DNA of 64,000 nucleotides from Williopsis jadinii. Taxonomy: Eukaryota. Below the pieces are notes generated by a model. It saw only the letters and a list, made by a program, of their open reading frames with translations, did no database searches and had not been told where the DNA came from. How positions within the stretch are numbered: the first letter of the stretch is position 1; each line of letters begins with the position of its first letter. Both the position numbers and the translations under genes were made by a program. The DNA is taken from NCBI GenBank assembly GCA_024346625.1, contig AP024666.1, positions 1,426,001 to 1,490,000 on the forward strand, in the 5' to 3' direction. This document shows, piece by piece, positions 24,404 through 36,047 of the stretch.

Positions 24404-26323
24404 ATGTCTTACCCACCAAGACCACAGAACTACCAGAGACTCAATGAGCTCTTGGAGGCGATCAGAGAGGAGTTTGACAATGTCAGTAACGAAGCGTCAA
24501 ACTTTAGAATCCACAAGTCCGAGTACGACCTCAAGTTTACACAACAAACCACCGAGATGCAACAGATTAGGCAAACTGTCTATGAATTGGAGATGGCCCA
24601 CAGAAAGATCAAGGAGGCATACGAGGACCAGATCTCGAGATTGAAGGGTGAACTGGAGGTTAAAGATAGACAGCTGGCATCTTTCCAACAACAACAGCAA
24701 CAACAACAACAACAACAACAGCAGCAGCAACAGCCGCAACAACTTCCACAGCAGGCTCCACCACCACAACAACAACACCAGCCTGCAATTGGCAATGGCT
24801 CCAACAGTTTGCCAAAGCCAAACGCCTATGGTCAATATGGTCAAGTTTCTGCTGCTGGGACTCCACAGCAACAGCAATCACAATTGCCACCAGTTCAGGC
24901 TCAACCACCTCAACCACAGCAATTACCATCTACCCAAGTTCCACCACCTCCCCAGCAGGTTCAACAACAGCAACCTCAACAGCTTCCACCAGTGGTTGCT
25001 CAACAACAATCACCTGCTCAACCAAAAACTGAAAGTTCTGTGTCCATTCCACAACAGTCTCAGCCTCCACAACAACAAGCACCACAGGCACCACAACAGC
25101 AACCAACATCAGCGAATGGAACTCCAGCCCAACCAACTAACCAAAGTGTTGCAGTGGTTGCTACCGCACCAACAGGTGAAAACTACTTGGTCCCAGCTAA
25201 TGAACGGGCATTACACGAAAAGCCAATTCCACCGTTCTTGGAGGATTTGGAGGCTCCAGTATCTTCTCCACACTTGAAGAAGTTGAGACCAGAGTACTAT
25301 GTGTTGTATAACCCAGCTTTACCAAAATCAGTCGATGTTGAGTTGGTTCATTCTTTAGACCATTCATCTGTCGTTTGTTGTGTCCGTTTCTCGAACGATG
25401 GTAAGTTCCTCGCTACAGGTTGTAACAAGACCACTCAAGTGTTTGGTGTTGAAACTGGTGAATTGGTTGCAAGATTGAGCGATGACAACACTGCAACTGA
25501 CAACACAGGTTCAAGTGCTGATTTGTACATCAGATCTGTTTGTTTCTCTCCAGACGGTAAGTTCTTGGCGACGGGTGCAGAAGATAAGGTGATTAGAATC
25601 TGGGATTTGAGTACTAGAAAGATTACAAAATACCTGAGAGGTCATGAGCAAGATATTTACTCACTGGATTTCTTCCCAGATGGTCAAAGACTTGTATCTG
25701 GATCAGGAGATAGAACTGTGAGAATTTGGGATCTCAACAGTGGACAGTGTTCCTTGACTTTATCTATCGAGGATGGTGTAACTACAGTTGCTGTATCTCC
25801 AGATGGTAAATTGATCGCTGCTGGGTCTCTTGATCGTACCGTTCGTGTTTGGGATTCATCAACTGGATTCCTTGTTGAAAGATTGGACTCTGAAAATGAA
25901 GCTGGTACTGGTCATAAGGATTCTGTGTATTCAGTTGCATTCACCTCTAATGGAAAGGAGGTTGCATCTGGTTCATTGGATAGAACAGTCAAGTTGTGGT
26001 CTTTGAAGCAATTGGGTAGCAATGTTACTGCCACAACGCCATCCAAGAACGTGACCGCATGTGAAGTCACATATGTTGGACACAAGGACTTTGTCCTTTC
26101 TGTATGCTCCTCTCCAGATGGCCAATACATCTTATCTGGTTCAAAGGATCGTGGTGTCATCTTCTGGGAGAAGAGAACTGGTGATGCTCTCCTGATGCTT
26201 CAAGGTCACAGAAACTCCGTTATCAGCGTTTCTGTTGCCAACCACGCAATTTCTGGCGCAGGTATGTTTGCTACAGGTAGTGGTGATTGTAAGGCCAGAA
26301 TCTGGAGATGGAACAAGACCTAA
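24404..26323 (+). CDS. TUP1: General transcriptional co-repressor Tup1
   Basis: N-terminal Tup_N ([13 protein letters not shown]), Q/P-rich linker, WD40 repeats ([38 protein letters not shown]). Confidence 0.98.
   Translation: MSYPPRPQNYQRLNELLEAIREEFDNVSNEASNFRIHKSEYDLKFTQQTTEMQQIRQTVYELEMAHRKIKEAYEDQISRLKGELEVKDRQLASFQQQQQQQQQQQQQQQQPQQLPQQAPPPQQQHQPAIGNGSNSLPKPNAYGQYGQVSAAGTPQQQQSQLPPVQAQPPQPQQLPSTQVPPPPQQVQQQQPQQLPPVVAQQQSPAQPKTESSVSIPQQSQPPQQQAPQAPQQQPTSANGTPAQPTNQSVAVVATAPTGENYLVPANERALHEKPIPPFLEDLEAPVSSPHLKKLRPEYYVLYNPALPKSVDVELVHSLDHSSVVCCVRFSNDGKFLATGCNKTTQVFGVETGELVARLSDDNTATDNTGSSADLYIRSVCFSPDGKFLATGAEDKVIRIWDLSTRKITKYLRGHEQDIYSLDFFPDGQRLVSGSGDRTVRIWDLNSGQCSLTLSIEDGVTTVAVSPDGKLIAAGSLDRTVRVWDSSTGFLVERLDSENEAGTGHKDSVYSVAFTSNGKEVASGSLDRTVKLWSLKQLGSNVTATTPSKNVTACEVTYVGHKDFVLSVCSSPDGQYILSGSKDRGVIFWEKRTGDALLMLQGHRNSVISVSVANHAISGAGMFATGSGDCKARIWRWNKT
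24686..24733 (+). repeat. CAA/CAG polyglutamine tract (Q16) in TUP1
   Basis: 16 consecutive Gln codons. Confidence 0.9.
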
Positions 26324-26601
26324 TCTGAAACCAAGGGGAGGAAAATTTCAAAAGGACTGGCTGGCTGGCCACCACTATAGGAGTACTTCGCTATTTGCAA
26401 ACTTGTATACTAAAATACATAATGAGAGGACCAAAATCAACTTGTTGTTGTTTCTGTTTTTTGTTCTTATCGATTCTGATCTTTGTCTCTCTCTATTCAG
26501 GTCTTTGTATTATATATAAAGAAGAAATTGATATGGTTTTTTTTTGATCTCTCTTTGAAGCATTATATAGATTAGAAAGCACGTAATGGAGTAGCTATGA
26601 T

Positions 26602-27878
26602 CTAAATCTTTGGATTGCCATTGGCATCAACAAGAGACTCCTCTGTGTCTTGTGGACCAGGACCAACTTGTGTTAAGATGATTCTTGAAACGCCCTTTTG
26701 GATATCTTCATCAAGAGGGAATGGAACAGATTGCTTCAAGTCGTTGAATGCTGATGCGAATGCACTCAATCTTTCGCTTGTGAATTTTGAATCCCAACCT
26801 TCAACGTTTTGGAATAACTTGTACAAGAAACCAAACACTTTATCCTCATTTTCCTCCAAGTAGTAAATAACAGCGTTTGGACCGGCGTCGAATGTATAAG
26901 CTGCAACAGTTTCACCGTAAAATTCATTAATAAAATGGATAAGCTTGATGATCTTTTTAGAAGTATCGTTCAAGTAGAAAATTGGAGGAAATGAATCCAA
27001 ACAAGTTGCATGGAACGAATTGGAATCCTTCATGGTGAGGTCTGCAAAAGTCGTAAAGTCCTTTGCGATGATGGCTGCTTTCATCTCTTCGAATCTCTTT
27101 GGAACAACTTCCTTGATTCTCCATTGAAACAAATCAGAAGTCTTAACGGTGGTTTGCATACCACTAGTGGATGGTGTGTCTTTCTTATCAGTGGATACAA
27201 CCAAGATGGCGGCTTTCATGTTTGACCAATGCTCCAAGGGAGCAACCTCAACAGCTTTAGAATCAGAACCGTCGAGTTCGTCACCCATTTCCCAAGCAAC
27301 ATACCCACCAAAGAGCGATCTACAGGCAGAACCTGAGCCCTTTCTTGCGATCTTGGAGATCTCAGACATCGACTGAGGAAGCTTGTACAACTTGGAGATG
27401 GCAACGACGAGCGCAGAGAACCCAGCGGCTGACGAAGCAAGCCCGGCAGCTGTTGGGAAGTTGTTCTCAGAGACAATCTGGAGCTTCCACTCCGAGATCT
27501 TTGGCAAGGAAGGGTCAGACTCTTCCAGCGCCCTTCTCAAAGATCTCAGGTCTTTCAAACACATCTGTGTTCTCTCAGATTCTAACGACTCTTGGTGACC
27601 ATTGAGAAAGAGTTTATCTTGTGTAAATGTTTCACACGTGGAAACTGACGTTAATGTTCTCAAATCATCTTGTGAGAGTGTCACAGAGATAGAAGAGTTG
27701 GTAGGCAAGTTGAGGGTCTTGTCTCTCTTACCCCAGTACTTGAGGGTCTAACGGTGTGCGTTCGTTAGTATACATATCATTCAAGCACAAAACAGATCTT
27801 CCCTCCATCCAAAGATAAACAGCTCATACTTACAGCAATGTTGACAGGAGCAGTGGTAGTTGCTGTGTAAACCGTCAT
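26602..27878 (-). CDS. MVD1: Diphosphomevalonate decarboxylase (ERG19), 396 aa; exons 27878-27834, 27747-26602
   Basis: Spliced MTVYTATTTAPVNIA|TLKYWGKRD..LPTNSS; NNFPTAAGLASSAAG; SGSACRS; YTFDAGPNA. The 86-nt intron reads GTAAGT..TACTAAC..TAG. Confidence 0.97.
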
Positions 27879-28062
27879 TGTCTCGACAGATTGATTCTCT
27901 GTTCACGTTTACTGGCTTCAAAAGTCGATCACCATTCTGTGCTGTTTTCTTCCCTTCGATGATGCGTTTTTTTTCTCTCTCCCTCTGTGCGTCGTTTCGT
28001 GTTAAACGAGCACGCTTCCTACAGATTTTTGTACGCGCGCCGTTGTTTGTTTACATTTCATC

Positions 28063-30678
28063 ATGAACAATAACAACAACAGCTTTCCCCTTAGGCACGC
28101 AGTATCGATGTACCGAAGACCGGTTTCTCGTGGTGCTGGTGCTCCTTTTAAAGCGCCACGTATGACTGGTGTTTCTAGCGGAAGTGCCCACGTGGAAGGC
28201 GAGGCGCTGCCCGTCAAGAAGAGCTCACGTGGAGCGATGAAGAGGCCGCTCGATGTTGCCACTGAAGAAGCACCGAAGGTTGATTTGAGCGACGACAAGA
28301 GATATTTCGAGGTCGTTTGGAGGAAACAGACGATGAAGAAGCACAAGACCTGGGATGGGGATGGCGTCGTGGTGTTATCTGCCACGGACGTGCTGTTTAA
28401 GCTAGATGAATCTGAAAACTACAAACAGCGTTCAAAGAGTGGTAATGTGTCCAAGTTTACCACTGATGGCGTGTTCTCTATGGGCTCTTTTGAATTAGAA
28501 GTCACGGGTGAGATAACTGATGCTGTGCAGATAGAGAAAATAAGGCAAAACTCCAAGAACGTTGAACACAAATCTGATGATGAAGATGTGGTTGAGAGAC
28601 CCTTGAAGAGACCAATCACTGTCCAGAGGAGGACCTTGGCTACGCCCAATACTCAATTCAAAGCCGTTGGTCCAAAGGTTGGGGAAACTGCCAAACCAGA
28701 GCACTTCAAACCTTTGTATGATCCTCATGCTGATGGCGCCATTGTCATGAAGAAACGGAACGAAAACGACATCGATGTGGTTCTGGATCCATTGTTGTGT
28801 GAATCACTTAGACAGCACCAAATTAAAGGTGTCAAGTTTCTATATGAATGCATGATGGATCTTCGTGGATTCGGAGGCCATGGGGCGCTATTAGCCGATG
28901 ATATGGGACTGGGGAAGACATTACAGACAATAACTCTGATTTGGACTCTATTGAAACAGTCACCCAGGGGGGTTGAGCACCCAGAGGTTTCAAAAGTATT
29001 GATTGCATGTCCTGTGACCCTTGTGGCCAATTGGAAAAGAGAATTTAAGAAATGGTTACCGGCGAACAGGGTGAATGTGCTTACGCTTCACAGCAAGAAT
29101 ACATTGGCAAAGGATAAACAGGATATAAAGAACTTTTCAAGGACTAAAGTCTATCAAGTTCTCATAATGGGGTATGAAAAGATAGTCAACATGAAAGAAG
29201 AGTTATCACAATGTGGATTTGATTTGCTAGTTTGTGATGAAGGTCATAGACTTAAAAACAACTCAAATAAGACACTCCAAGCGTTGAATTCGTTAGACGT
29301 GGAGAAAAAAATTCTCCTTTCAGGAACTCCAATCCAAAATGACCTTGTGGAACTTTTTACTATGATTGATTTCATCAATCCTGGAATACTCGGTACATAC
29401 AACCAGTTCAAGAGAGATTTCATGAATCCAATTTTACGAGCTCGAGATACAAATTGCCATGACCCAGATATCGTGCAGCATGGCGAGGATAAATCACTCG
29501 AGTTGATTTCAATTACAAAACCATTCATACTAAGAAGAACTTCAAAGGTGATGTCGAACCATCTCCCACCACGGACTGATGTTGTTTTATTCTGTCCACC
29601 GACATCACTTCAGTTGAACCTGTTTCAAAGAGTAATAAATTCACAGAACTTTCTAACTATGACGAGCTCTGAAATGTCATCATCTTCTTGTTTGGGCTTG
29701 ATCACAATGTTCAAAAAGATATGTAACTCACCATCCTTGGTCATTGGCGATGAGCTTTTCAAAGGGTTTGTGAGTGAGCCAAATATTGCACAAACTGTGA
29801 GTGGTAAAATCACTGTTCTTTTGGAACTTTTAAAGGAAATTCATCAAATTGGAGAGAAAGTTGTTATAGTTTCAAATTATACAAAGACATTAGACATCAT
29901 CCAATCTCATTTGCAGAAGTTAAACTTTGAGTATTTAAGACTTGATGGTTCAACTCCGAATAAAGAGCGTGATCCGTTAGTTGCAAGGTTTAACAACTCT
30001 ACTTCGAACTCATCATTTGCATTCCTTTTATCAGCTCAATCCGGTGGTGTGGGATTAAACCTAATCGGGGCATCAAGGTTAATTCTATTTGACAATCACT
30101 GGAATCCCTCTGTTGACTTACAAGCGATGGCTAGAATCCATAGGGATGGACAGAAGCGTCCTGTTTTCATTTATAGACTGATCACTTCTGGTTGTATCGA
30201 TGAGAAGATTTTTCAAAGGCAGTTGATGAAGAGCAATCTGTCTGATAAGTTCTTGGACAATAAACATAGCTCCAAAGATAACGTGTTCTCCATGGAAGAT
30301 CTTAAAGATCTATTCACAGTAAACAGAGATACACAATGCAACACCCACGACTTGGTCGAATGCTCATGTGGTGGGACAGGAGAAGAACTTGTTATCGAAG
30401 ATGATGAAATTCAGCAAAAGGAGAACACCGTACCAAAACTTGAAAGACAAGTAAGCTGGACAAGTGCGCTAGAGATCAAGAACAACCCCATCGAAGATAA
30501 AGCTGAAAAAGAGAGGAAGTCCACTATCAAGATGTGTCTGTCTGATTATAGACATTTAGATCCACGCATTATCAACATTCACGATACATCCATTGGGGAC
30601 ACTGTTGTCGAATCACTAATTGAAAAGAACCGTACACATGTGAGTTATATTTTAACAAAAGTCAACAAGCGTATATGA
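28063..30678 (+). CDS. RDH54: Rad54-family Swi2/Snf2 DNA translocase Rdh54/Tid1 (start may be ATG 28108)
   Basis: N-terminal WRKQTMKKHKTWDGDG motif typical of Rdh54/Rad54B; helicase motifs LADDMGLGKT, DEGHRLKN, SGTPIQND, QAMARIHRDGQK. Confidence 0.9.
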   Translation: MNNNNNSFPLRHAVSMYRRPVSRGAGAPFKAPRMTGVSSGSAHVEGEALPVKKSSRGAMKRPLDVATEEAPKVDLSDDKRYFEVVWRKQTMKKHKTWDGDGVVVLSATDVLFKLDESENYKQRSKSGNVSKFTTDGVFSMGSFELEVTGEITDAVQIEKIRQNSKNVEHKSDDEDVVERPLKRPITVQRRTLATPNTQFKAVGPKVGETAKPEHFKPLYDPHADGAIVMKKRNENDIDVVLDPLLCESLRQHQIKGVKFLYECMMDLRGFGGHGALLADDMGLGKTLQTITLIWTLLKQSPRGVEHPEVSKVLIACPVTLVANWKREFKKWLPANRVNVLTLHSKNTLAKDKQDIKNFSRTKVYQVLIMGYEKIVNMKEELSQCGFDLLVCDEGHRLKNNSNKTLQALNSLDVEKKILLSGTPIQNDLVELFTMIDFINPGILGTYNQFKRDFMNPILRARDTNCHDPDIVQHGEDKSLELISITKPFILRRTSKVMSNHLPPRTDVVLFCPPTSLQLNLFQRVINSQNFLTMTSSEMSSSSCLGLITMFKKICNSPSLVIGDELFKGFVSEPNIAQTVSGKITVLLELLKEIHQIGEKVVIVSNYTKTLDIIQSHLQKLNFEYLRLDGSTPNKERDPLVARFNNSTSNSSFAFLLSAQSGGVGLNLIGASRLILFDNHWNPSVDLQAMARIHRDGQKRPVFIYRLITSGCIDEKIFQRQLMKSNLSDKFLDNKHSSKDNVFSMEDLKDLFTVNRDTQCNTHDLVECSCGGTGEELVIEDDEIQQKENTVPKLERQVSWTSALEIKNNPIEDKAEKERKSTIKMCLSDYRHLDPRIINIHDTSIGDTVVESLIEKNRTHVSYILTKVNKRI

Positions 30679-30686
30679 TTTTGTTT

Positions 30687-32477
30687 CTATTTCTGTTGAA
30701 GTTTCATTCTAGCTTCTGCTGCTCTTGCCCTTTGTTCTCTCATCAACCTCATTCTTTGGTCATCAGTGAGAGAGTTTATATTAACCTGAGAGATGGAAAC
30801 TCCTCCAAGTCTTTTATTGTTTTTACTCACTGGTTCAACTTTCTGTTCTAACAATTCACGTTGAACCTTTTTCTTCTCTTGTTCCTCTTGGGTCTTTCTT
30901 TCCAGATCTTCTCTTTCAACGTCTTCACGTTTTAAAGGTGGCTCAACGTGAGCTCTTTCCCAATCATAGATGGATTCTCCCAATTCGGAACGCGCAATAC
31001 GGAATGCCTGTTTTACAGAAACGTTGGCACTCAAATCGTATGCAGTTTTACCTGATTTGTTCAATGCTGTTGGATCGCATTTCAAATTCTTTAAGAGAGG
31101 GCCTATAAGGTTCTTCAATCCATGTGCACTTGCATAGTGTAAAACAGTTGGTGTATGGTAATATTCCGATTCCGGTTGTAATTCAAACTGTGGACTCAAT
31201 TGATTCTTCTTCATGTATGTAATCAAAACGGGCCCTCTCGACTTTTTCAAAAAACCAACAATTTCCCTGGTTTGGGTCTCCTCTGGGGTCACCTTGTCAG
31301 TTTCTTTGACTTTGTTCGATTTGGATTGTTTCAACTGTTGTTGTAAGGCTTTTTGTTTCAACACTTTATCATCCACCTTCGGTTTTGCAGTGATTGTCAA
31401 ACTGGTCAGCTGCAACCATGCTCTTTTTAATTCAGAAGTGGTTGCCCTCTTTGTGGTGAAGGGAAAACTTCTTATTCTGTCGTCATCGTTTGCGAATGGT
31501 GAACCTTCATACCCAACGAGTATTCTTCGATTCTGCATTCCATTGGCTCTTATGAAGATTGAATCACATTCATTGAGCTGCTTCTTCCAAGATTGTAATA
31601 ATTCACGGACTTCATTCTGAAGAGCCATCTCATTGGCTCGACGAAGGTTTGAACCCGCAGAGTTTGCCTTACCCTTTGCATTATCCATTGCACTTTGAGA
31701 ACCACCTTGTTTTCTTCTCGTTGTATAACGATGAAAGGATTTTTGCATGATGAAATCAACCGAGTTTAACAGCAGATCTGAAGGTGTCTTTGAAACTTGA
31801 CCTTTCGTAGATTTAACAGCATGTGAAACTATTGCACCGGCAAAATGTCCACCACCAATCATGAATATTGCAGATTTCTTCCCCTGTTGAGACTGCCATG
31901 ATTTCAACGCGTTTATTGGATCGTTGATTTCCTTGACGCTGAACAGAGATTTGTATACACCAAACGCATGTGAACTATCCAGCAATGACGATTTGAACAA
32001 GATAAATGGAGACCTGGTTGCCAAGTGACTAACCACACCTTCCTCTTCTTGTTCCAATTTCAGCTGTTCTAGCTTTGCTATGCTTCTCTCAAAAATCGTG
32101 TCAAGTGTATCCGTTTTGTAGCGCTCGTCGTTGTCATCGCCATCCTCCTCGCTATCTTCTTCTTCAGAGCCGGATAAACTCTCATTGAAGAGTTCACTTG
32201 CTAACTCCTCAAATTCCGACTCTGTCAGCGGTGGGAGTCCACGACTTTGTCTTTTCAAGTTCAGCTTGTAGATGTCTGAGTTGTAGTATTCCCTGTCCTT
32301 ATGTTGTACGGGTTTGATAACCTGTACAGTACTCTGCTCTTGTTGTTGCTGCTGCTGCTGTTGCGCCAATGTAACCTCCTCCACCGTGGAACTATCAAAG
32401 TACATCAGCTCCAAGGAGTCAATGATCCTCGGTGAGAGGTCGTATGCGAATAGTTCTTCTGGCTCAAACCTCGACAT
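30687..32477 (-). CDS. VMS1: Vms1/ANKZF1 ribosome quality-control tRNA endonuclease
   Basis: GGGHFAG, HRYTTRRKQGGSQ (VLRF1 domain), ankyrin-like region, C-terminal VIM (REQRARAAEAR). ATG at 32477. Confidence 0.93.
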   Translation of the reverse strand: MSRFEPEELFAYDLSPRIIDSLELMYFDSSTVEEVTLAQQQQQQQQEQSTVQVIKPVQHKDREYYNSDIYKLNLKRQSRGLPPLTESEFEELASELFNESLSGSEEEDSEEDGDDNDERYKTDTLDTIFERSIAKLEQLKLEQEEEGVVSHLATRSPFILFKSSLLDSSHAFGVYKSLFSVKEINDPINALKSWQSQQGKKSAIFMIGGGHFAGAIVSHAVKSTKGQVSKTPSDLLLNSVDFIMQKSFHRYTTRRKQGGSQSAMDNAKGKANSAGSNLRRANEMALQNEVRELLQSWKKQLNECDSIFIRANGMQNRRILVGYEGSPFANDDDRIRSFPFTTKRATTSELKRAWLQLTSLTITAKPKVDDKVLKQKALQQQLKQSKSNKVKETDKVTPEETQTREIVGFLKKSRGPVLITYMKKNQLSPQFELQPESEYYHTPTVLHYASAHGLKNLIGPLLKNLKCDPTALNKSGKTAYDLSANVSVKQAFRIARSELGESIYDWERAHVEPPLKREDVEREDLERKTQEEQEKKKVQRELLEQKVEPVSKNNKRLGGVSISQVNINSLTDDQRMRLMREQRARAAEARMKLQQK

Positions 32478-32652
32478 TGTTAGCCGTTTTCCCAACTACC
32501 TTGCTCCCAAATTGGTACCGATGATGGGCTCAAATAACCATTCCTCCATCTCTTCATGAAGCATCAGAAACAGTACGCGCCACATACACCACTCGATTAC
32601 GTAATCAGAGAAAACGATCCGTGCCCGTCGAAGAAAGGAAGATCTCTGTGGT

Positions 32653-33322
32653 AGGGGCCGCACACGTCTCAGGGGACCAATCAGCACGGAGCACTCACGT
32701 TGATCCCACGCTCCTACCCAATTGCTCCTTCTCACAGCATCTCCACAGTGTGTTGTCTCAATAAGCGGTGACTCAAGCGTTATGGGCATCCTGATTCTCT
32801 ACCTTGCCGTCATATAAACAGCGAATCCTCACTCGACCCCATCGTATCACCGCTTCATCATCACTGTGTGTCCCGTAACCAATCCCCTCTTCCCAATCCC
32901 GTAGAGTAACTAGGGAAACCACAGGCCCTCTTTTGGTATGTGCAGCGAAGAGCGCTTCGTGCATGGAATCCCCTGGCTGTTTTCATACGGAAGAGCCAAA
33001 GAATGTAAGAGGGTTTAAAGCGTACGCTTCCATCAATCGTCAAACGTTGTCAATTGTAGTTTTGTATACCGTGCGACAGATGGTTAACGTCCTGCTTAAT
33101 CCCGTTAGCAGTGGGCAGGAAGATCTGGGCTTCCCCAAGAACTTCCACGGCGTAAAGAGGCATTGATCCTTGGGTGCTGCTTCTTTTCCCCTAATTTCAC
33201 CTGCGGGATGGCCAACGTCGACGTGTCGGTTCTAAAAGAACAAGTCGCTGGGACGCGTCGATGGATTACATACGGATGTTTGTTTATATGCCTAGGCGGG
33301 ATTATGCCTCTGTGTATATATA
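32653..33322 (+). promoter_or_regulatory. Cluster of STRE elements (AGGGG/CCCCT) plus TATA upstream of the small hydrophilic gene
   Basis: STRE matches at 32653, 32671, 32884, 32970 and 33188; TATATATA at ~33315. Confidence 0.5.
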
Positions 33323-33406
33323 CGTGTGCTCTTTCCTTCTTTTCGGTTCTTTTTCTCAGTCTTGTTCTGTTTCTCTCTCTGTAGACACACACAGTAGTTA
33401 CATACA

Positions 33407-33733
33407 ATGGATTTCTTGAACAACATTAAGGACAAGGTCGGCGACGAGGTTGTCGAACAGGCCATCAAGCAGAAGGCTGCAAGCTTCATCGGTGGTGACT
33501 CTGACAACAAAGAGCAGTCCCAGGGTGAGAAGGAAGGTCAACAATCATCTGACAACAACAACAACAACAACGAGGGCGAGAAGAAGGAGGAATCCAGCTC
33601 TGGTTACGCTAAGAAGATCGAGAGCTTCATCGGTGATGATAAAATCAACGCCATCAAGCAAAAGGTTGGTGAGGATAACTTCAAGAAGGGCGAGAGCTTC
33701 ATCGACGAGCAAATCAAGTCCAGATTCAACTAA
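33407..33733 (+). CDS. Small hydrophilin-like protein (108 aa), function unknown
   Basis: Strong codon bias (AAG, ATC, AAC, GGT), good start context (ACAATG), K/E/D/G/N-rich, internal repeat AIKQK..SFI. Confidence 0.85.
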   Translation: MDFLNNIKDKVGDEVVEQAIKQKAASFIGGDSDNKEQSQGEKEGQQSSDNNNNNNEGEKKEESSSGYAKKIESFIGDDKINAIKQKVGEDNFKKGESFIDEQIKSRFN

Positions 33734-33995
33734 GTCTATAGTACTTGCGTGAGCTAAAATACCCTTCCATTTCACAGGAATTACAAGTGTAGGCAGTCTC
33801 TAATTAAAGCATTTGTGAATTAAGAAGAATTAGTAAAACCCTGCACAGTACACTGCTCTCTAGTTCTATGTTTCATCTCCATAGTACAATTGGTGTATAC
33901 TTGCCTATTTAGCTAATGTAAACTTTTTTTCCTTCTTTTCGTTTTCTTTTATATGATCTATCATCTTTGATGTATTCTCACTCTTTTTTAACAAT

Positions 33996-36047
33996 TCACT
34001 TCTTAATCAAGTTGAAGTACTGCTCGTCAACGGATTTGATAATGTGATCAACAACTTCAGGGTTACTTAGTGTAGACAAATCTCCCAATTGGTCAGCCTC
34101 ATTAGATGTGATCTTTCTCAAGACTCTTCTCATGATCTTACCGGATCTGGTCTTTGGTAGATCGTCAACGATGATAACAGTCTTTGGACCAGCAAATGGA
34201 CCAATCTCACCTCTAACTTGCAAGATCAACTCACGACGAAGCTTATCTGGGGTAATGTGTTCGTTAGAGTCGGTAATCTTGTCATTTGCTTGAATTAAGT
34301 AACCATCTTTCAAGGAGACAAATGCAATGACAGCTTGACCAGTGAGTTCATCTGGAATACCAACAACGGCAGATTCAGAAACTCCCAAATGATCACTCAA
34401 TGCGGTCTCAATCTCTGCAGTGGACAATCTATGACCAGAGACGTTGACAACGTCATCGACACGGCCTCTAATCCAGTAGTAACCGTCATGGTCTCTTCCA
34501 GCACCATCACCAGTGAAATAGTAGCCTGGGTATGGCTTGAGGTAAGTCTCCAAGTATCTGTCATGGTTGTTCCAAACAGATCTAGCCATTGATGGCCATG
34601 GCTTCTTAACGGCAAGGACACCTTCCACGTCATTGCCCTCGAGCTCCTTACCACTAACTGGATCAATAATACAGGCATCAATACCAAAGAATGGAACAGT
34701 TGCTGAACCTGGCTTAGTTGGAACTGCACCAGCCAAAGGAGCAATCAAATGGGAACCGGATTCGGTTTGCCACATCGTATCACAGATCACGGCTTTGTTC
34801 TTACCAATCTTCTCGTGGTACCACTCCCAAAGATCTGGGGCAATTGGTTCTCCAACAGAACCCAAAGTTCTCAGAGATGAAATGTCATACTTGTCAATCT
34901 CATCCTCACCAACTCTCTTGATCAATCTCAATGCAGTTGGTGCAACATAGAAGTGGGTAGCCTTATGACGTTCAATGATTCTCCAGTATCTACCATAATC
35001 TGGATAAGCTGGGGTAGATTCAAAGATGATTGTAGCGGTACCGAGAGTCAATGGACCATAGAGAGCATACGTATGGCCGGTAATCCAACCGACATCACCA
35101 GCAGTGAAGAGAATATCCTCTGGATGGATGTCAAAGACATATCTTGTGGTTAAAGCGGCACCGAGCAAGTAACCAGCCGTTGTGTGGACGACACCCTTTG
35201 GTGAACCAGTGGAACCAGATGTGTACAACAGGAAGAGTGGGTCCTCAGAGTTGACTGGGGTTGGAGGCAAGTAGCCTCTGCTCTTCTTGGTCTCCAAATG
35301 CCACCAGTAATCACGGCCAGCTTTCATTGGAATGCCTTCAGAGCCTGTTCTTTGGAACACGAGGATCTTCTTCACGACATCGGTATCTTTCAAGGCCTCA
35401 TCAACAATCTTCTTTGTGTGGACGGTCTTACCACCTCTCTTACCTTCGTCACACGTGATGATGAAGTGAGAATCAGCGTCAACGACACGATCTTTCAAAG
35501 AACCAGCAGAGAAACCGGCAAACACAACAGAGTGGATGGCACCGAGTCTGGCAACGGCAAGCATGGCAACCACGGCCTCTGGAATCATAGGCAAATAGAC
35601 AGCAACGGTGTCACCTTTCTTAACTCCCCACGATTTGAGCACCGCGGCAACTTCGCTCACCTGTCTCAGCAGCTCACCAAACGTGATGATTCTGTTGTCC
35701 TTTTCATCGTCCGCCTCGTAGATGATGGCGGTCTTGCCTGGGTTGGCAAACGCGTGTCTATCCACACAGTTGTAGGACGCGTTCAGCTCACCGTTAAGGA
35801 ACCAGGCAACGTCACCGTTCTCCAGAGAGCCGGACTCAACCTTGTCGAACGGTCTGTGCCAGTCGAGGTATTCCCTGGCCAGCGGGCCAAAGAACCCTTC
35901 CGGGTCCTCGATGGACTTCTTGTGCAGTTCCTTGTAGTGCTCCAAGTCGTTGATGAAGCCCTTGTTTGGCTGTTTCTCGAAGAACTCTGAGGGAGCGTGG
36001 TGCGCCTTCACGTTAGCGGCCTCGTGCACAACTTTGTGATTAGGCAT
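33996..36047 (-). CDS. ACS2: Acetyl-CoA synthetase 2
   Basis: AMP-binding [24 protein letters not shown]-terminus [12 protein letters not shown] is of Acs2 type; 683 aa. Confidence 0.95.
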   Translation of the reverse strand: MPNHKVVHEAANVKAHHAPSEFFEKQPNKGFINDLEHYKELHKKSIEDPEGFFGPLAREYLDWHRPFDKVESGSLENGDVAWFLNGELNASYNCVDRHAFANPGKTAIIYEADDEKDNRIITFGELLRQVSEVAAVLKSWGVKKGDTVAVYLPMIPEAVVAMLAVARLGAIHSVVFAGFSAGSLKDRVVDADSHFIITCDEGKRGGKTVHTKKIVDEALKDTDVVKKILVFQRTGSEGIPMKAGRDYWWHLETKKSRGYLPPTPVNSEDPLFLLYTSGSTGSPKGVVHTTAGYLLGAALTTRYVFDIHPEDILFTAGDVGWITGHTYALYGPLTLGTATIIFESTPAYPDYGRYWRIIERHKATHFYVAPTALRLIKRVGEDEIDKYDISSLRTLGSVGEPIAPDLWEWYHEKIGKNKAVICDTMWQTESGSHLIAPLAGAVPTKPGSATVPFFGIDACIIDPVSGKELEGNDVEGVLAVKKPWPSMARSVWNNHDRYLETYLKPYPGYYFTGDGAGRDHDGYYWIRGRVDDVVNVSGHRLSTAEIETALSDHLGVSESAVVGIPDELTGQAVIAFVSLKDGYLIQANDKITDSNEHITPDKLRRELILQVRGEIGPFAGPKTVIIVDDLPKTRSGKIMRRVLRKITSNEADQLGDLSTLSNPEVVDHIIKSVDEQYFNLIKK

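Noticed and set aside
24580..25277. Poly-Cys, poly-Asn and poly-Leu ORFs (metallothionein look-alike [10 protein letters not shown]...)
   Set aside because: Off-frame readings of the TUP1 CAA/CAG tract.
35298..35990. 230-aa ORF antisense to ACS2
   Set aside because: Expected from strong codon bias on the sense strand.
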